This document shows positions 1 to 8,829 of a stretch of DNA of 42,003 bases, piece after piece. How positions within the stretch are numbered: the stretch's first letter is position 1; each line of letters starts with the position of its first letter. The position numbers and the translations under genes are program-made. The notes under the pieces are model-generated. The model was not told the DNA's origin. It did no database searches and saw only the letters and a program-made list of their open reading frames with translations. Source of the stretch: Candidatus Micrarchaeota archaeon (lineage in GTDB: Archaea > Micrarchaeota > Micrarchaeia > Micrarchaeales > CABMGC01); assembly GCA_964550485.1 (NCBI GenBank), contig CAZJZM010000002.1:1-42003 (forward strand), given 5' to 3'.

Positions 1-177
1 ATTCCCGATCTTCCTACCTCCTGTCCTGCTCCTAATATCTGAATGTCCAAAAAATCACTATTAGTACAATTAGCATCCCAAAGCTTATATTTTATTACCT
101 ACTCAAACACCTAGGAAACCAAAACACCCTTTCCGATAACCCTTTTATTTATTCCTATTGAAGTAATAGCTGATAAC

Positions 178-927
178 ATGACAGACGAAATAACATTTAT
201 GGACTTGGCAGCGTTGTTAAAGATAACGCCAAACACCCCTCTGGAGAAGCTCGGAAGCGCGCTGAACGCGAGCATCTTCGATGCCTCAAACCTGGCAGGA
301 ACGCTAAAGCAGAAGGACCTCATAAGTTTCACTACAAACTATCCCGGCCCAAACTCAATAACCATAACAGAGGCGGGGCAGAATCTCCTCAAGGAAGCCG
401 ACACCAAAAGCACGATGCCCATAGACGCCCTTGATGAATCCCTACTGGTCCAGCTTTCAGGAGGCAAGAGGCTTCCAATAGAACTGCAGCATACGCTGAA
501 CATAAGGTCGAGGGACCTCGCAATGAGGCTCTACAAGCTCAACAAGCAGAATCTGATAATTTACGAGCTCAAAAACGGAGGCGCCGAACTGCTGCTAACC
601 GAGGAGGGGTTCCTCCATGCAAAGGGCGGAGGCGCAGTGAGACAGCCATCAACTCCCACTCAACCCACGATGCAATCTCAGGGCCAGCAGCCGGCGATAC
701 AGGCTGGAACGCCAGGCCAGACTCCTCCCAAGCCACAACAAATGCCAGGAATGGCAATGCCTCCTGCGCAGGCAGCAAAGCCTGATGCTGAAGTTTTCCA
801 TCCAGGCCTGATGCCTGGTGTGCATGCAGAAAAAGGGAGGATGGGCCAGTTGCTTCCGATGATAATAGTAGCGGTCATTCTTGTAATTGTAGTGATATTC
901 CTATTGATCTACCGGCACATTCTCTAA
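178..927 (+). CDS. hypothetical tail-anchored membrane protein (helical N-terminal modules, Pro/Gln-rich linker, C-terminal TM helix)
   Basis: 249-aa ATG ORF. PQ-rich low-complexity stretch lies around aa 155-215. Single C-terminal hydrophobic helix LLPMIIVAVILVIVVIFLLIY. No family recognised. Confidence 0.5.
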   Translation: MTDEITFMDLAALLKITPNTPLEKLGSALNASIFDASNLAGTLKQKDLISFTTNYPGPNSITITEAGQNLLKEADTKSTMPIDALDESLLVQLSGGKRLPIELQHTLNIRSRDLAMRLYKLNKQNLIIYELKNGGAELLLTEEGFLHAKGGGAVRQPSTPTQPTMQSQGQQPAIQAGTPGQTPPKPQQMPGMAMPPAQAAKPDAEVFHPGLMPGVHAEKGRMGQLLPMIIVAVILVIVVIFLLIYRHIL

Positions 928-939
928 ACTAGCGATAGC

Positions 940-1554
940 ATGTTGTCAGACTATTTCAAAGCAAAAACCCTTCTTGACAAATACCACATAAAGAGCATAG
1001 AGAGCAAATACGTCACCAAAGCAGAAGAGGCGGTAAAATTCGCCGGAGGAGACGCCATAGTTCTCAAAGTCATCTCAGAAAAACAACTCCACAAATCCAA
1101 GGCCGGTCTTGTAAAACTAAATCTCCAGGGAGCGAATGAAATAAAGCCGGCCTACAAAGAGCTGGAGGCAAAGGCAAAGAAAATTACCCCATACAAGATA
1201 ATAGCCCAGAAAATGGCAAGAAAAGGAATTGAGGCAATTCTGGGAGGCAGGGAAGATCCGCAGTTCGGCAAGCTCATCCTCATGGGCCTGGGCGGAATAT
1301 ACGTTGAGGCATTCAAAGACTTTGCACTGAGAACATGCCCAATAACAAAATACGACGCGCTGGAGATGCTTGACCAACTAAGATCCAAGGATGTAATAAC
1401 ATACAACGGAAAGAGCACGGCGATGATAACCACACTCCTTCTGAACGTTTCAAAACTCCTGAAGGAAAACCCTTCAATAAAGGAGCTCGACCTCAATCCT
1501 GTCATACTGCGAGAGGACGGCTATGAAGTCGTTGACATAAGGGTGCTCGAATGA
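940..1554 (+). CDS. acdB: acetate--CoA ligase (ADP-forming), beta subunit (ATP-grasp)
   Basis: 204 aa. The N-terminus (KAKTLLDKYHIKSIESKYV...AIVLKVIS..LHKSKAGLVKLNL) is typical of the archaeal ACD beta subunit. Its stop overlaps the alpha-subunit start (ATGA at 1551-1554). Confidence 0.8.
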   Translation: MLSDYFKAKTLLDKYHIKSIESKYVTKAEEAVKFAGGDAIVLKVISEKQLHKSKAGLVKLNLQGANEIKPAYKELEAKAKKITPYKIIAQKMARKGIEAILGGREDPQFGKLILMGLGGIYVEAFKDFALRTCPITKYDALEMLDQLRSKDVITYNGKSTAMITTLLLNVSKLLKENPSIKELDLNPVILREDGYEVVDIRVLE

Positions 1555-2933
1555 CAAGAGATCTCACGCCACTGTTCAAGCCGAAGAACGTAGCCATAAT
1601 AGGCGCCTCTGCCGATCCTGAAAAAGTAGGACACATAATACTCCTCAATTATATCAATGAAGGCTATTCCGGAAAAATCTACCTTGTCAACAAGAACCCC
1701 GCAGAGATACTCGGAATGAAGCCCTACAAAAGCGTACTTGACATAAAGGAAAGGCTTGACTGTGTCGTAATCGCAATCCCCGCACCCGCAGTTCCTGAAG
1801 TTCTGGAGGAGTGCGGCAAAGCAAAGGCGAAGAGCGTCGTTCTGATAAGCGGAGGGTTTGCCGAGATCGGAAACGTGGATCTTCAAAGCCAGATTTCGGC
1901 AATAGCGAAGAAATACAACATAGTACTGGTAGGGCCAAACTGCCTCGGAATCATGGATCCCAGATCAAGGGTTAATACCCTTTTTCTTCCAGCCTACAAG
2001 CTTAGCAAGCCAAAAATCGGCTCAGTGAGTTTCGTCGCCCAGAGCGGCGCCGTGGGCAGCGTGATACTGGACCTCATAGAGGGCGAAGGCTTCGGCCTCT
2101 CCAAATTCATTTCCTATGGGAACGCAGCAGACGTGGACGAAACAGACATAATGGAATACCTCATGAATGACGATGAGACCAAAGTAATAGTGATGTACAT
2201 TGAAGGGATAAAGAGGGGCAAGGCATTCTTGGAGCTCGCAAGGAAGATAACAAAGGTAAAGCCAGTCATAATACTAAAGGCCGGAAGGACTGCGGCAGGG
2301 GCGACAGCTGCGCTCTCACACACCGCAGCACTTGCGGGAAGCTACGAGGCCCACGAAGCGGTATTCAGGCAGTTCGGCTTCACCATAGCAAACGATCTTG
2401 TCGACCTTCTTTTCTATGCAAAGATATTCGAATCCGAGCGCGCGCCAAAAGGCAACAGGATCGCAATCATAACAAACGGCGGAGGTGCAGGAGTCCTCAC
2501 CACCGACGCGATTTCCTCCTCCAAGTACCTGAAGCTCGCGGAGCTGAGCGAGGAAACAAAAGCCACGCTCTCCAAAACAATGCCGCCTCTGGTAAACCTA
2601 CGAAACCCACTTGACCTTGCCGGCGATGCGGGTGACAAGAGATACCACGATGCGCTCTACCCGATAATAAACGATCCAAACATCGACATGATCATAGTGA
2701 TAATACTCTTCCAGACTCCTGGCGCCGATTCAAAACTTGCGGCGGAGGTCATAGAGCTCAAGGAGACGATAGAGAAGCCGATGGTGATCATTTCAGTAGG
2801 AACCCAGTACACCGAGATGCACAAGATAATGATGGAGAGCTCAGGCCTTCCAGTCTATGATTCACCAAGATCTGCAGCGATGTCACTTGAAGCTCTCCTC
2901 AGATACTACCAATACAAGAACCACAAAGACTAA
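1551..2933 (+). CDS. acdA: acetate--CoA ligase (ADP-forming), alpha subunit (CoA-binding/succinyl-CoA-synthetase-like)
   Basis: 460 aa. LFKPKNVAIIGAS..PEKVG CoA-binding N-terminus, GPNCLGI motif and SHTAALAGS region. Translationally coupled to acdB. Confidence 0.85.
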   Translation: MTRDLTPLFKPKNVAIIGASADPEKVGHIILLNYINEGYSGKIYLVNKNPAEILGMKPYKSVLDIKERLDCVVIAIPAPAVPEVLEECGKAKAKSVVLISGGFAEIGNVDLQSQISAIAKKYNIVLVGPNCLGIMDPRSRVNTLFLPAYKLSKPKIGSVSFVAQSGAVGSVILDLIEGEGFGLSKFISYGNAADVDETDIMEYLMNDDETKVIVMYIEGIKRGKAFLELARKITKVKPVIILKAGRTAAGATAALSHTAALAGSYEAHEAVFRQFGFTIANDLVDLLFYAKIFESERAPKGNRIAIITNGGGAGVLTTDAISSSKYLKLAELSEETKATLSKTMPPLVNLRNPLDLAGDAGDKRYHDALYPIINDPNIDMIIVIILFQTPGADSKLAAEVIELKETIEKPMVIISVGTQYTEMHKIMMESSGLPVYDSPRSAAMSLEALLRYYQYKNHKD

Positions 2934-2985
2934 GACAATCACATGGTTATTCATTAGAAGAAGAACTCAAAGAGATGCGATATTA

Positions 2986-3693
2986 ATGGGAATAATTCCA
3001 AGAGCGAGAAGCATAATTCCATCAACTGATGTCAAAAACGTCAGGAGGTTCAAGGAACTCGTAAAGCAGACCTACAATATAGACGCGATAGGCGGATACA
3101 AACTAAATTCCGCACTCGCCATCTTGCACGGACTGCCCAAACTGGTAAAGATAGTGCGATCCTTTACCGACAAGCCGATAATCTACGACCATCAGAAGTG
3201 GATGACCGACATTCCCGACAGCGGCCAGGACATCATTGATTCAGTTAAAAAGTCAGGAGTCGACGCAATCATAGGATTCCCTCAATCAGGCCCTGCCACC
3301 CAGGAGGCCTACATCAAGGCCTGTCAGGAAAGTAAACTTGGCATAATCGTAGGAGGAGAGATGACCCACCCGAAATACAAGACCAGCGAAGGTGGATACA
3401 TAGCTGACGAAGCCCTTGACCGGATGTACCTGCTCAGCGCAAGGCTCGGTGTTACAGACTTCGTCGTTCCAGGAAACAAGAAGGAGCGGGTCGAGCATTA
3501 CATGAAACTGCTGAAGCCCGAGGTGAAGGGACAGATATCCTTCTGGGCGCCAGGCTTCGTAGCGCAGGGCGGCAGCATTTCCGATGCGGCCAAGGTTGCA
3601 GGAGAATCCTTCCACGCGATAGTCGGCAGGGGCATATACCAGGCAAAGGACATGCATGCAGCGGCGCTTGAGCTTTCAAGCCAGATACGATAG
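2986..3693 (+). CDS. pyrF: orotidine 5'-phosphate decarboxylase
   Basis: OMP-decarboxylase-like motifs (GGYKLN, DHQKWMTDIPDSG, C-terminal IVGRGIYQAKD). Adjacent to pyrE. The start was moved to ATG 2986, because the track ORF from 2857 overlaps acdA with non-homologous sequence. Confidence 0.7.
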   Translation: MGIIPRARSIIPSTDVKNVRRFKELVKQTYNIDAIGGYKLNSALAILHGLPKLVKIVRSFTDKPIIYDHQKWMTDIPDSGQDIIDSVKKSGVDAIIGFPQSGPATQEAYIKACQESKLGIIVGGEMTHPKYKTSEGGYIADEALDRMYLLSARLGVTDFVVPGNKKERVEHYMKLLKPEVKGQISFWAPGFVAQGGSISDAAKVAGESFHAIVGRGIYQAKDMHAAALELSSQIR

Positions 3694-3701
3694 GCAATAA
3701 C

Positions 3702-4460
3702 ATGATTGATGAAAAAAGAGAGAATCTTGGCAGGGAGATAATGCGAGGACTATACGAGACGGGCATGATCCTCACATGGTACAGGGACAAACCAGAGGGC
3801 TGGGTAATGGCCAGCGGACTCTGGACTCCATTCTACATTACCCTAAGGCTGCTTCCATCGCACCCCGAACTCTACAGGAAGGCAGGAAACGCAATGAGCA
3901 TGCTCCTTGCTGACATAGGATTCAAATCCAACAACAATGACAAGGTGGTAGGGATAGCAATGGCGGGAGTTCCCCTGGCAAACGCAATCACACTAGAATC
4001 CGACATCCCTTCCTTATACACAAGAAAGCTACCGGAAGATGTCAAAACCCCAGAGGACGTTGAAAGGTATGTACAGTCGCACGGCCAGCACGCACTAGTG
4101 GAAGGCGAATTAAAATCAGGAGACAGGCTTGCGCTGGTAGACGACTTGGTAACCAGATTTGACAGCAAACTGCTCGCCATAGGCCAGATAAATCAGGAAA
4201 TCAAGAGAAGGGGGCTCACCGACATCAGGCTAAAGGACATAATAGTGCTGCTGGACAGGGAGCAGGGAGGAGCGGAGAAAGCGAAACAACTGGGATACAG
4301 CCTAACGGCATTCATTCCATTCGCATCAAAAGGGATGGGCTGGCTAAAGGACAGCCTCTCTGAAATCGAGTACAATACAATCGTCGACTATCTGAAGGAC
4401 AGCAAAAAATATCAGGACAAAGTGGTCCAGGAACGGCTGGCCAAGATGGCCCAGAAGTAA
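3702..4460 (+). CDS. pyrE: orotate phosphoribosyltransferase-like protein
   Basis: PRPP-binding loop LALVDDLVTRFDSK, and ASGLWTPFYITLR resembling the OPRTase SG..SP.Y.D.R motif. Directly follows pyrF. Confidence 0.7.
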   Translation: MIDEKRENLGREIMRGLYETGMILTWYRDKPEGWVMASGLWTPFYITLRLLPSHPELYRKAGNAMSMLLADIGFKSNNNDKVVGIAMAGVPLANAITLESDIPSLYTRKLPEDVKTPEDVERYVQSHGQHALVEGELKSGDRLALVDDLVTRFDSKLLAIGQINQEIKRRGLTDIRLKDIIVLLDREQGGAEKAKQLGYSLTAFIPFASKGMGWLKDSLSEIEYNTIVDYLKDSKKYQDKVVQERLAKMAQK

Positions 4461-5660
4461 TCAGGAGCCGAAGACAATCTCCATCGCCTCCTTCACTACA
4501 ACCTCCTTCTTCGCGTCGGAGCTCAGCTTATCGAAAAGCGCAGAAGGATTCAATTTCAAGTCGTACTTGTTCTGCTTCAGCCTCTCAAGGAAGATGCCCA
4601 TGCCGTAATCCCTTATGGAGACGTTTTCCAGTACTCCGTTCCTGAGGTCTTCAGCCTCCTTCGAATCAGTTGTTTCTATTCCGGATTTTGTAATCTCCAC
4701 TATGGCATTCTTGGAATATGAATCCACAATGCCTTTTATCCCTACATCTACATTCCTAAAGCCGTCCTTCAATTTGCCTTCCAAGACAACCCTAATTATC
4801 GGTCTGTCGTGTCCCTCGTCCGCAACAGAGGCTATCTTGCCCTCTATAGCGCCGCTCACTTCCGCAGGGGACATTCCCTCAACGTCGATCTTGACCATGA
4901 TGAACTTGCGCGATTTTATCTTAATGAAAGAATGCTCATTATTTTTCGTATCATAGACAAAAAATCCTTTCTCTTCCTGCTCCCCTTCCCTCAACTGCGT
5001 CAGGACAGTGCTTCCAGGTATGAGAAATTTCTTGCCATGGCACTTCGCCTCTATCTTGCTGTGTATGTGGCCATCCACATAGAGATCAAATCCTGGAGGC
5101 AGCTCTTCCAGGCGGATAAAATCCTCGCTGAAGGGCAGGAACTCATATACCGATTGGTGAAAGAGGAACAAATTAAATGCTCCGACAGTAGGCTTCAGGT
5201 CCATCCTGTCCAACGTCTCTTTGAATCTCTCCTCCGCCGTACCTCCCACCCCATATACTACTACTCTTTCTCCGCCCTTCTCTACAGTTACCTTCGCCTG
5301 GTTGGCGTTAACCAACAAACCTGCAAGATTAAGCAGGTCCACCGGATCGACCTCGCCATCGCTCCTTCTTTCATGGGTTCCCGGTATTGCTACCACTGGG
5401 ATGTCGGTGTATCTTTCTCCCCTTCCTTCAAATCCTGAAACGTTGGCGGCAAATTTCTTTGACGAAAGACGTTTGAAAAGCGTTATCGCCTCTGCAATCA
5501 CCTCGGGCTTTGGATGTCTGTAGTCGAAGATGTCTCCCGCAATAACTATCATGTCGGCGTTCTGGCTCGCCAGCTCCAACGCCTCCTCCGTCTGCCTGAA
5601 GGCGTCTTCACGGAAGCGTTCGTAGCCTATGTGGAAATCCGCAAGAATAGCAATCTTCAT
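4461..5660 (-). CDS. mre11: DNA double-strand-break repair nuclease Mre11 (calcineurin-like metallophosphoesterase)
   Basis: N-terminus MKIAILADFHIG, then IAGDIFD, GTHE and GHIH phosphoesterase motifs. 399 aa. Confidence 0.8.
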   Translation of the reverse strand: MKIAILADFHIGYERFREDAFRQTEEALELASQNADMIVIAGDIFDYRHPKPEVIAEAITLFKRLSSKKFAANVSGFEGRGERYTDIPVVAIPGTHERRSDGEVDPVDLLNLAGLLVNANQAKVTVEKGGERVVVYGVGGTAEERFKETLDRMDLKPTVGAFNLFLFHQSVYEFLPFSEDFIRLEELPPGFDLYVDGHIHSKIEAKCHGKKFLIPGSTVLTQLREGEQEEKGFFVYDTKNNEHSFIKIKSRKFIMVKIDVEGMSPAEVSGAIEGKIASVADEGHDRPIIRVVLEGKLKDGFRNVDVGIKGIVDSYSKNAIVEITKSGIETTDSKEAEDLRNGVLENVSIRDYGMGIFLERLKQNKYDLKLNPSALFDKLSSDAKKEVVVKEAMEIVFGS

Positions 5661-5720
5661 TATAACATCTACTATACATGGCTCCCTACTTTTATAAATA
5701 CCGAGTGCAAAATCCAGAAT

Positions 5721-6584
5721 TCAGATTATTACGTAAAGGAGAATGTTGCCGAACAGGAGAGAAACTACCACGGCTATGAAAGCGAAAAAGGCAAGCGGCA
5801 CGCCGCTGGTGTAAAGGGGAATCTTCCTTCTCACGCCCCTTAGGTCCTGAATGAGCTTATTTGTCACCAGTCTTCCGAAATGCTTCGACTTCTTCGAGAA
5901 GAATTCCAAGTCACTCTTGCTCATGGCGTTTGTCGCGATCATGTCCTCATTGGTCAGCCTGCTTGCTGAGACGTAGGAAATCATCTGCCTGCTTATGGCC
6001 TTCTCAAAGATTATCGTGAGCGCGGAGGCAAGCGCGACTATAAGAATGAGAACCACAGCCACCAATCTTATCCCTGCAAAATACGAGATGAAAGCAAGCA
6101 ACAGGAGATAGGCAACAAACATTCCGAATGCCTGGTACAGTTTAGCCCTACTCAGCTCAGAGAGCCTAAGATACCCTCTGCTGTGCGCCCTTAGAAGATA
6201 GTAGACCACCATTCCCACAACGGCTGCATATCCTGTGGCTATGAATACCGAAAAGATAAAGGGGAATCCGAATTGCTGCACGTTGGACAGGATAGGCATC
6301 GGCTGCAGCGGAAGAAGAAGGCTTATGGTGGCAAACTCGAAGAAGTCTCCTGCTCCCACCAGCCCCTTTCTAAAGAGCACGTATCCCAAAGCGCCTATTA
6401 TCAACGCCATCAGAAGACTGACCTCCATCGTTGCGGTATCATAAGTCAAGGTCACAATGACGCCGATTATCAGGCTGGCATAGACGAAGACATCAGGGAC
6501 GTTTCTCTTGTTGAAGATGTCAAACATGGCGTATGCAAACGCTATAACTAGGAGTATTGCCACTCTCAGAAGGAAAGAAATCAT
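5721..6584 (-). CDS. A24-family prepilin/preflagellin peptidase (PibD/FlaK-like)
   Basis: Polytopic membrane protein. Asp in the first TM region (YAMFDIF) plus a GxGD-type motif (LVGAGDFFEF). 287 aa. Confidence 0.6.
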   Translation of the reverse strand: MISFLLRVAILLVIAFAYAMFDIFNKRNVPDVFVYASLIIGVIVTLTYDTATMEVSLLMALIIGALGYVLFRKGLVGAGDFFEFATISLLLPLQPMPILSNVQQFGFPFIFSVFIATGYAAVVGMVVYYLLRAHSRGYLRLSELSRAKLYQAFGMFVAYLLLLAFISYFAGIRLVAVVLILIVALASALTIIFEKAISRQMISYVSASRLTNEDMIATNAMSKSDLEFFSKKSKHFGRLVTNKLIQDLRGVRRKIPLYTSGVPLAFFAFIAVVVSLLFGNILLYVII

Positions 6585-6791
6585 TACGACACCAGTACAC
6601 TTTGAAGAAAAGATTTAAATAGCAATTGTTTCAATCAATATCATACAAAGTGTGGATAATGTCCTTAACCGCTAGATGGCAAATGTTTACGGCTACCATT
6701 AGATCAGTAGCTATAGCGGTCTTGAAGTGCAATTATAATCCCTCTCATTCTTCTGCCGCTTGCATCGCATAAATCTGTTTTGGTGTTTGAT

Positions 6792-7151
6792 ATGCAAGTG
6801 GCAAAAACTATAGTTAGAGAGGCGTCTGCGATGCAGAAGCCAGTTCAGATCAGCGAGAAGGAGCTAATCCTGCTTTCGGAGATAGGCCTGGAGGCGATCC
6901 CGACCGCGACAAGCTTCGTTGAGTACATAGCCGAGAAATACAGCCTCTCGGCAAGCGGGGTCTGGTACACGCTGAAAAAGCTTAAGGAGAAGAGGGTGGT
7001 GGATTTCACAGAAAGGGGCGAGGAAGACAAGCCCCTCTCGCTCACCGAATTCGGGCGGGGAACCGTAAGGAGGAAGATCTCGGAGTTCAACTTCAGGACT
7101 CCGGGCCTTCCGCGGCCTGGGATGCAGTTCGGGATAGGCGCTCAATTTTAA
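6792..7151 (+). CDS. winged-helix (MarR/TrmB-like) DNA-binding protein
   Basis: wHTH-like core (SFVEYIAEKYSLSASGVWYTLKKLKEKRVVDF). An ATG at 6792 is preferred over TTG 6780. The last 44 codons are duplicated downstream at 8530-8664. Confidence 0.55.
   Translation: MQVAKTIVREASAMQKPVQISEKELILLSEIGLEAIPTATSFVEYIAEKYSLSASGVWYTLKKLKEKRVVDFTERGEEDKPLSLTEFGRGTVRRKISEFNFRTPGLPRPGMQFGIGAQF
7018..7151 (+). repeat. direct repeat copy A (3' end of the wHTH gene)
   Basis: 134 nt align without gaps to 8531-8664. Long identical runs include gaattcgggcggggaaccgtaaggaggaaga and ctcggagttcaacttcaggactccgggccttcc. Confidence 0.9.
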
Positions 7152-7220
7152 GCTCCATTGACACACTTTTGACAGTAGGATATCAAAAGAGCTATATAAC
7201 TTGATATCCTAATATCAATC

Positions 7221-8510
7221 ATGGAGCTAAGCTTAATGGGGATGCAGAACCCCTGGTGGTACAACAGAGAGGCAATAACCAATGATGAAAAGGTAAAGCG
7301 AGTGCTAGCCTCGGGGGAAAGGCTCATCATAGAGCTTGAAGACAAAAACATGATAATGATAGGCCCCAGGCAACTCGGGAAAACAACGGCGTTGAAATAT
7401 GATATCTACAAAAAGATAATTAAGGAAGGAATTGATCCAAAGCGCATACTATACTACTCCTTCGACACCGCACGGGACTATGGCGTGATATCCGAAGTGA
7501 TATCGAGTTTTATAAAAGCAACCGCAGGAAGGAAATACCTATATCTCGACGAGGTAAGCTTTGTCGACGAATGGCAACGCGCCATCAAATTTCTGCTGGA
7601 CTCCAACGAGATGAAGGATGTCAGAGTATATGTCACAGGGTCTGCCTCCATTAATCTTAGGAAAGAGCTTTTCCCAGGCAGGGACATCATTTTAAAGGAA
7701 TTTATGCCTAGCTTCTTCGCGTCTTTTGTGCAATCTTTCGCATCCAAAGACCTTAAAAAGTTTGTAAAGGCAAACATGACGGGCAGCATTGAAGACGTAA
7801 TCGAGAGATCTGAGAAGGCAGTACCCTATTTCGATGAACTTGACAGGCTTTTCCATGTTTTTATGCAGACTGGAGGATTTCCACTCGCCGTATTTGATTA
7901 CTTCGCAGCGGGTTCGATAAGCGAAACGACATTTGATACGCATTGGAACGCCTTCCTCTCAGACATAAGCAAAGCGGAAAGGAGCGTGGAAACTTCAGTT
8001 GCAGTGATCCAGGAGCTTGTCAAAAGCTATAGCTCCAAGATAAACATGAGCAAGACCGCAAGAAACGCCGGAATACCCTCGCACGTTACCGCACGCGAGT
8101 ACATGGAACTCCTAAGAGAACTATTTGTAATCGGATATATTTTTCCAATTAGCGATAGGGGGCTACCTCTCTTCCGCAAGGAGAGGAAAGCATATTTCAC
8201 AGACCCTTTCTTTTTTACATTGTTCTCCAAAAAACTAAATATGCAAATAAACCTGGGGGAATCCAAAGTTGTGGAGGGCATTACGTATTCACATTTAGCG
8301 CACATCATGAAAAACATAGGATACAAATCAAATGGCAGGGAAATAGATTTTGCAAATAATGAAATCGCAGTCGAGGTTAAATGGCAGGAATCCGTAACAA
8401 AATCAGACATACCAAGATCAAACGCAAAAAACAACATTGTTCTAAGCAAATCGGACCGTGGGGAGGGGATAATACCCGTTTCAGTATTCCTTGCCTTATT
8501 GGATATCTAA
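7221..8510 (+). CDS. AAA+ ATPase of the COG1373 type (AAA_14 + DUF4143 nuclease-like C-terminal domain)
   Basis: Walker A GPRQLGKTT and Walker B YLYLDEV. C-terminal REIDF...IAVEVKW is a PD-(D/E)xK-like motif. 429 aa. Confidence 0.8.
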   Translation: MELSLMGMQNPWWYNREAITNDEKVKRVLASGERLIIELEDKNMIMIGPRQLGKTTALKYDIYKKIIKEGIDPKRILYYSFDTARDYGVISEVISSFIKATAGRKYLYLDEVSFVDEWQRAIKFLLDSNEMKDVRVYVTGSASINLRKELFPGRDIILKEFMPSFFASFVQSFASKDLKKFVKANMTGSIEDVIERSEKAVPYFDELDRLFHVFMQTGGFPLAVFDYFAAGSISETTFDTHWNAFLSDISKAERSVETSVAVIQELVKSYSSKINMSKTARNAGIPSHVTAREYMELLRELFVIGYIFPISDRGLPLFRKERKAYFTDPFFFTLFSKKLNMQINLGESKVVEGITYSHLAHIMKNIGYKSNGREIDFANNEIAVEVKWQESVTKSDIPRSNAKNNIVLSKSDRGEGIIPVSVFLALLDI

Positions 8511-8529
8511 CAATTCATTATTAAGTGGT

Positions 8530-8664
8530 AGCGAGGAAGACAAGCCCCTCTTGCCCATTGAATTCGGGCGGGGAACCGTAAGGAGGAAGACCTCGGAGTT
8601 CAACTTCAGGACTCCGGGCCTTCCACGGCCTGGAATACAGATAGGAATAGGTGCGCAGTTCTAG
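8530..8664 (+). pseudogene. orphan 3' fragment of a wHTH-gene paralog (direct repeat copy B)
   Basis: Reads in frame as SEEDKPLLPIEFGRGTVRRKTSEFNFRTPGLPRPGIQIGIGAQF followed by a stop. No start codon or N-terminal part lies upstream. Confidence 0.7.
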
Positions 8665-8829
8665 AATTGCAAATAATCTAATACTAGTACATCCGTTGTG
8701 CAATTTAGCAAAGCTTAAATACCATAGAAGGATAACTATTTACTAGATTATATGATATTCGCTGAACACCCAAATAGGAACACCAAAAACGATCTAACAA
8801 GCATTTCCAGAGGTACAAAAGCGGCGGCT

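Noticed and set aside
2857-2985. N-terminal 43-codon extension of pyrF overlapping the end of acdA
   Set aside because: It overlaps acdA by 77 nt, its sequence is Thr/Arg-rich and non-homologous, and an ATG at 2986 gives a normal-length OMP decarboxylase.
4615-5523. Plus-strand ORFs (113, 209 and 100 aa) opposite mre11, and similar antisense ORFs opposite cysS (34216-34911), ahcY (32086-32887) and glnA
   Set aside because: They are shadow ORFs opposite confidently identified genes and carry no recognisable motifs.
6668-6720. 7-bp inverted repeat ACCGCTA...TAGCGGT in the peptidase/wHTH divergent intergenic region, considered as a small RNA or operator
   Set aside because: The 39-nt loop has no box motifs or tRNA-like features. 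A single short stem is not sufficient evidence.
8521-8703. 60-aa minus-strand ORF, with its counterpart at 6864-7166 on the minus strand
   Set aside because: Both are antisense readings of the duplicated wHTH 3' end. Their similarity is explained by the plus-strand repeat, whose synonymous-substitution pattern shows that the plus frame is the selected one.
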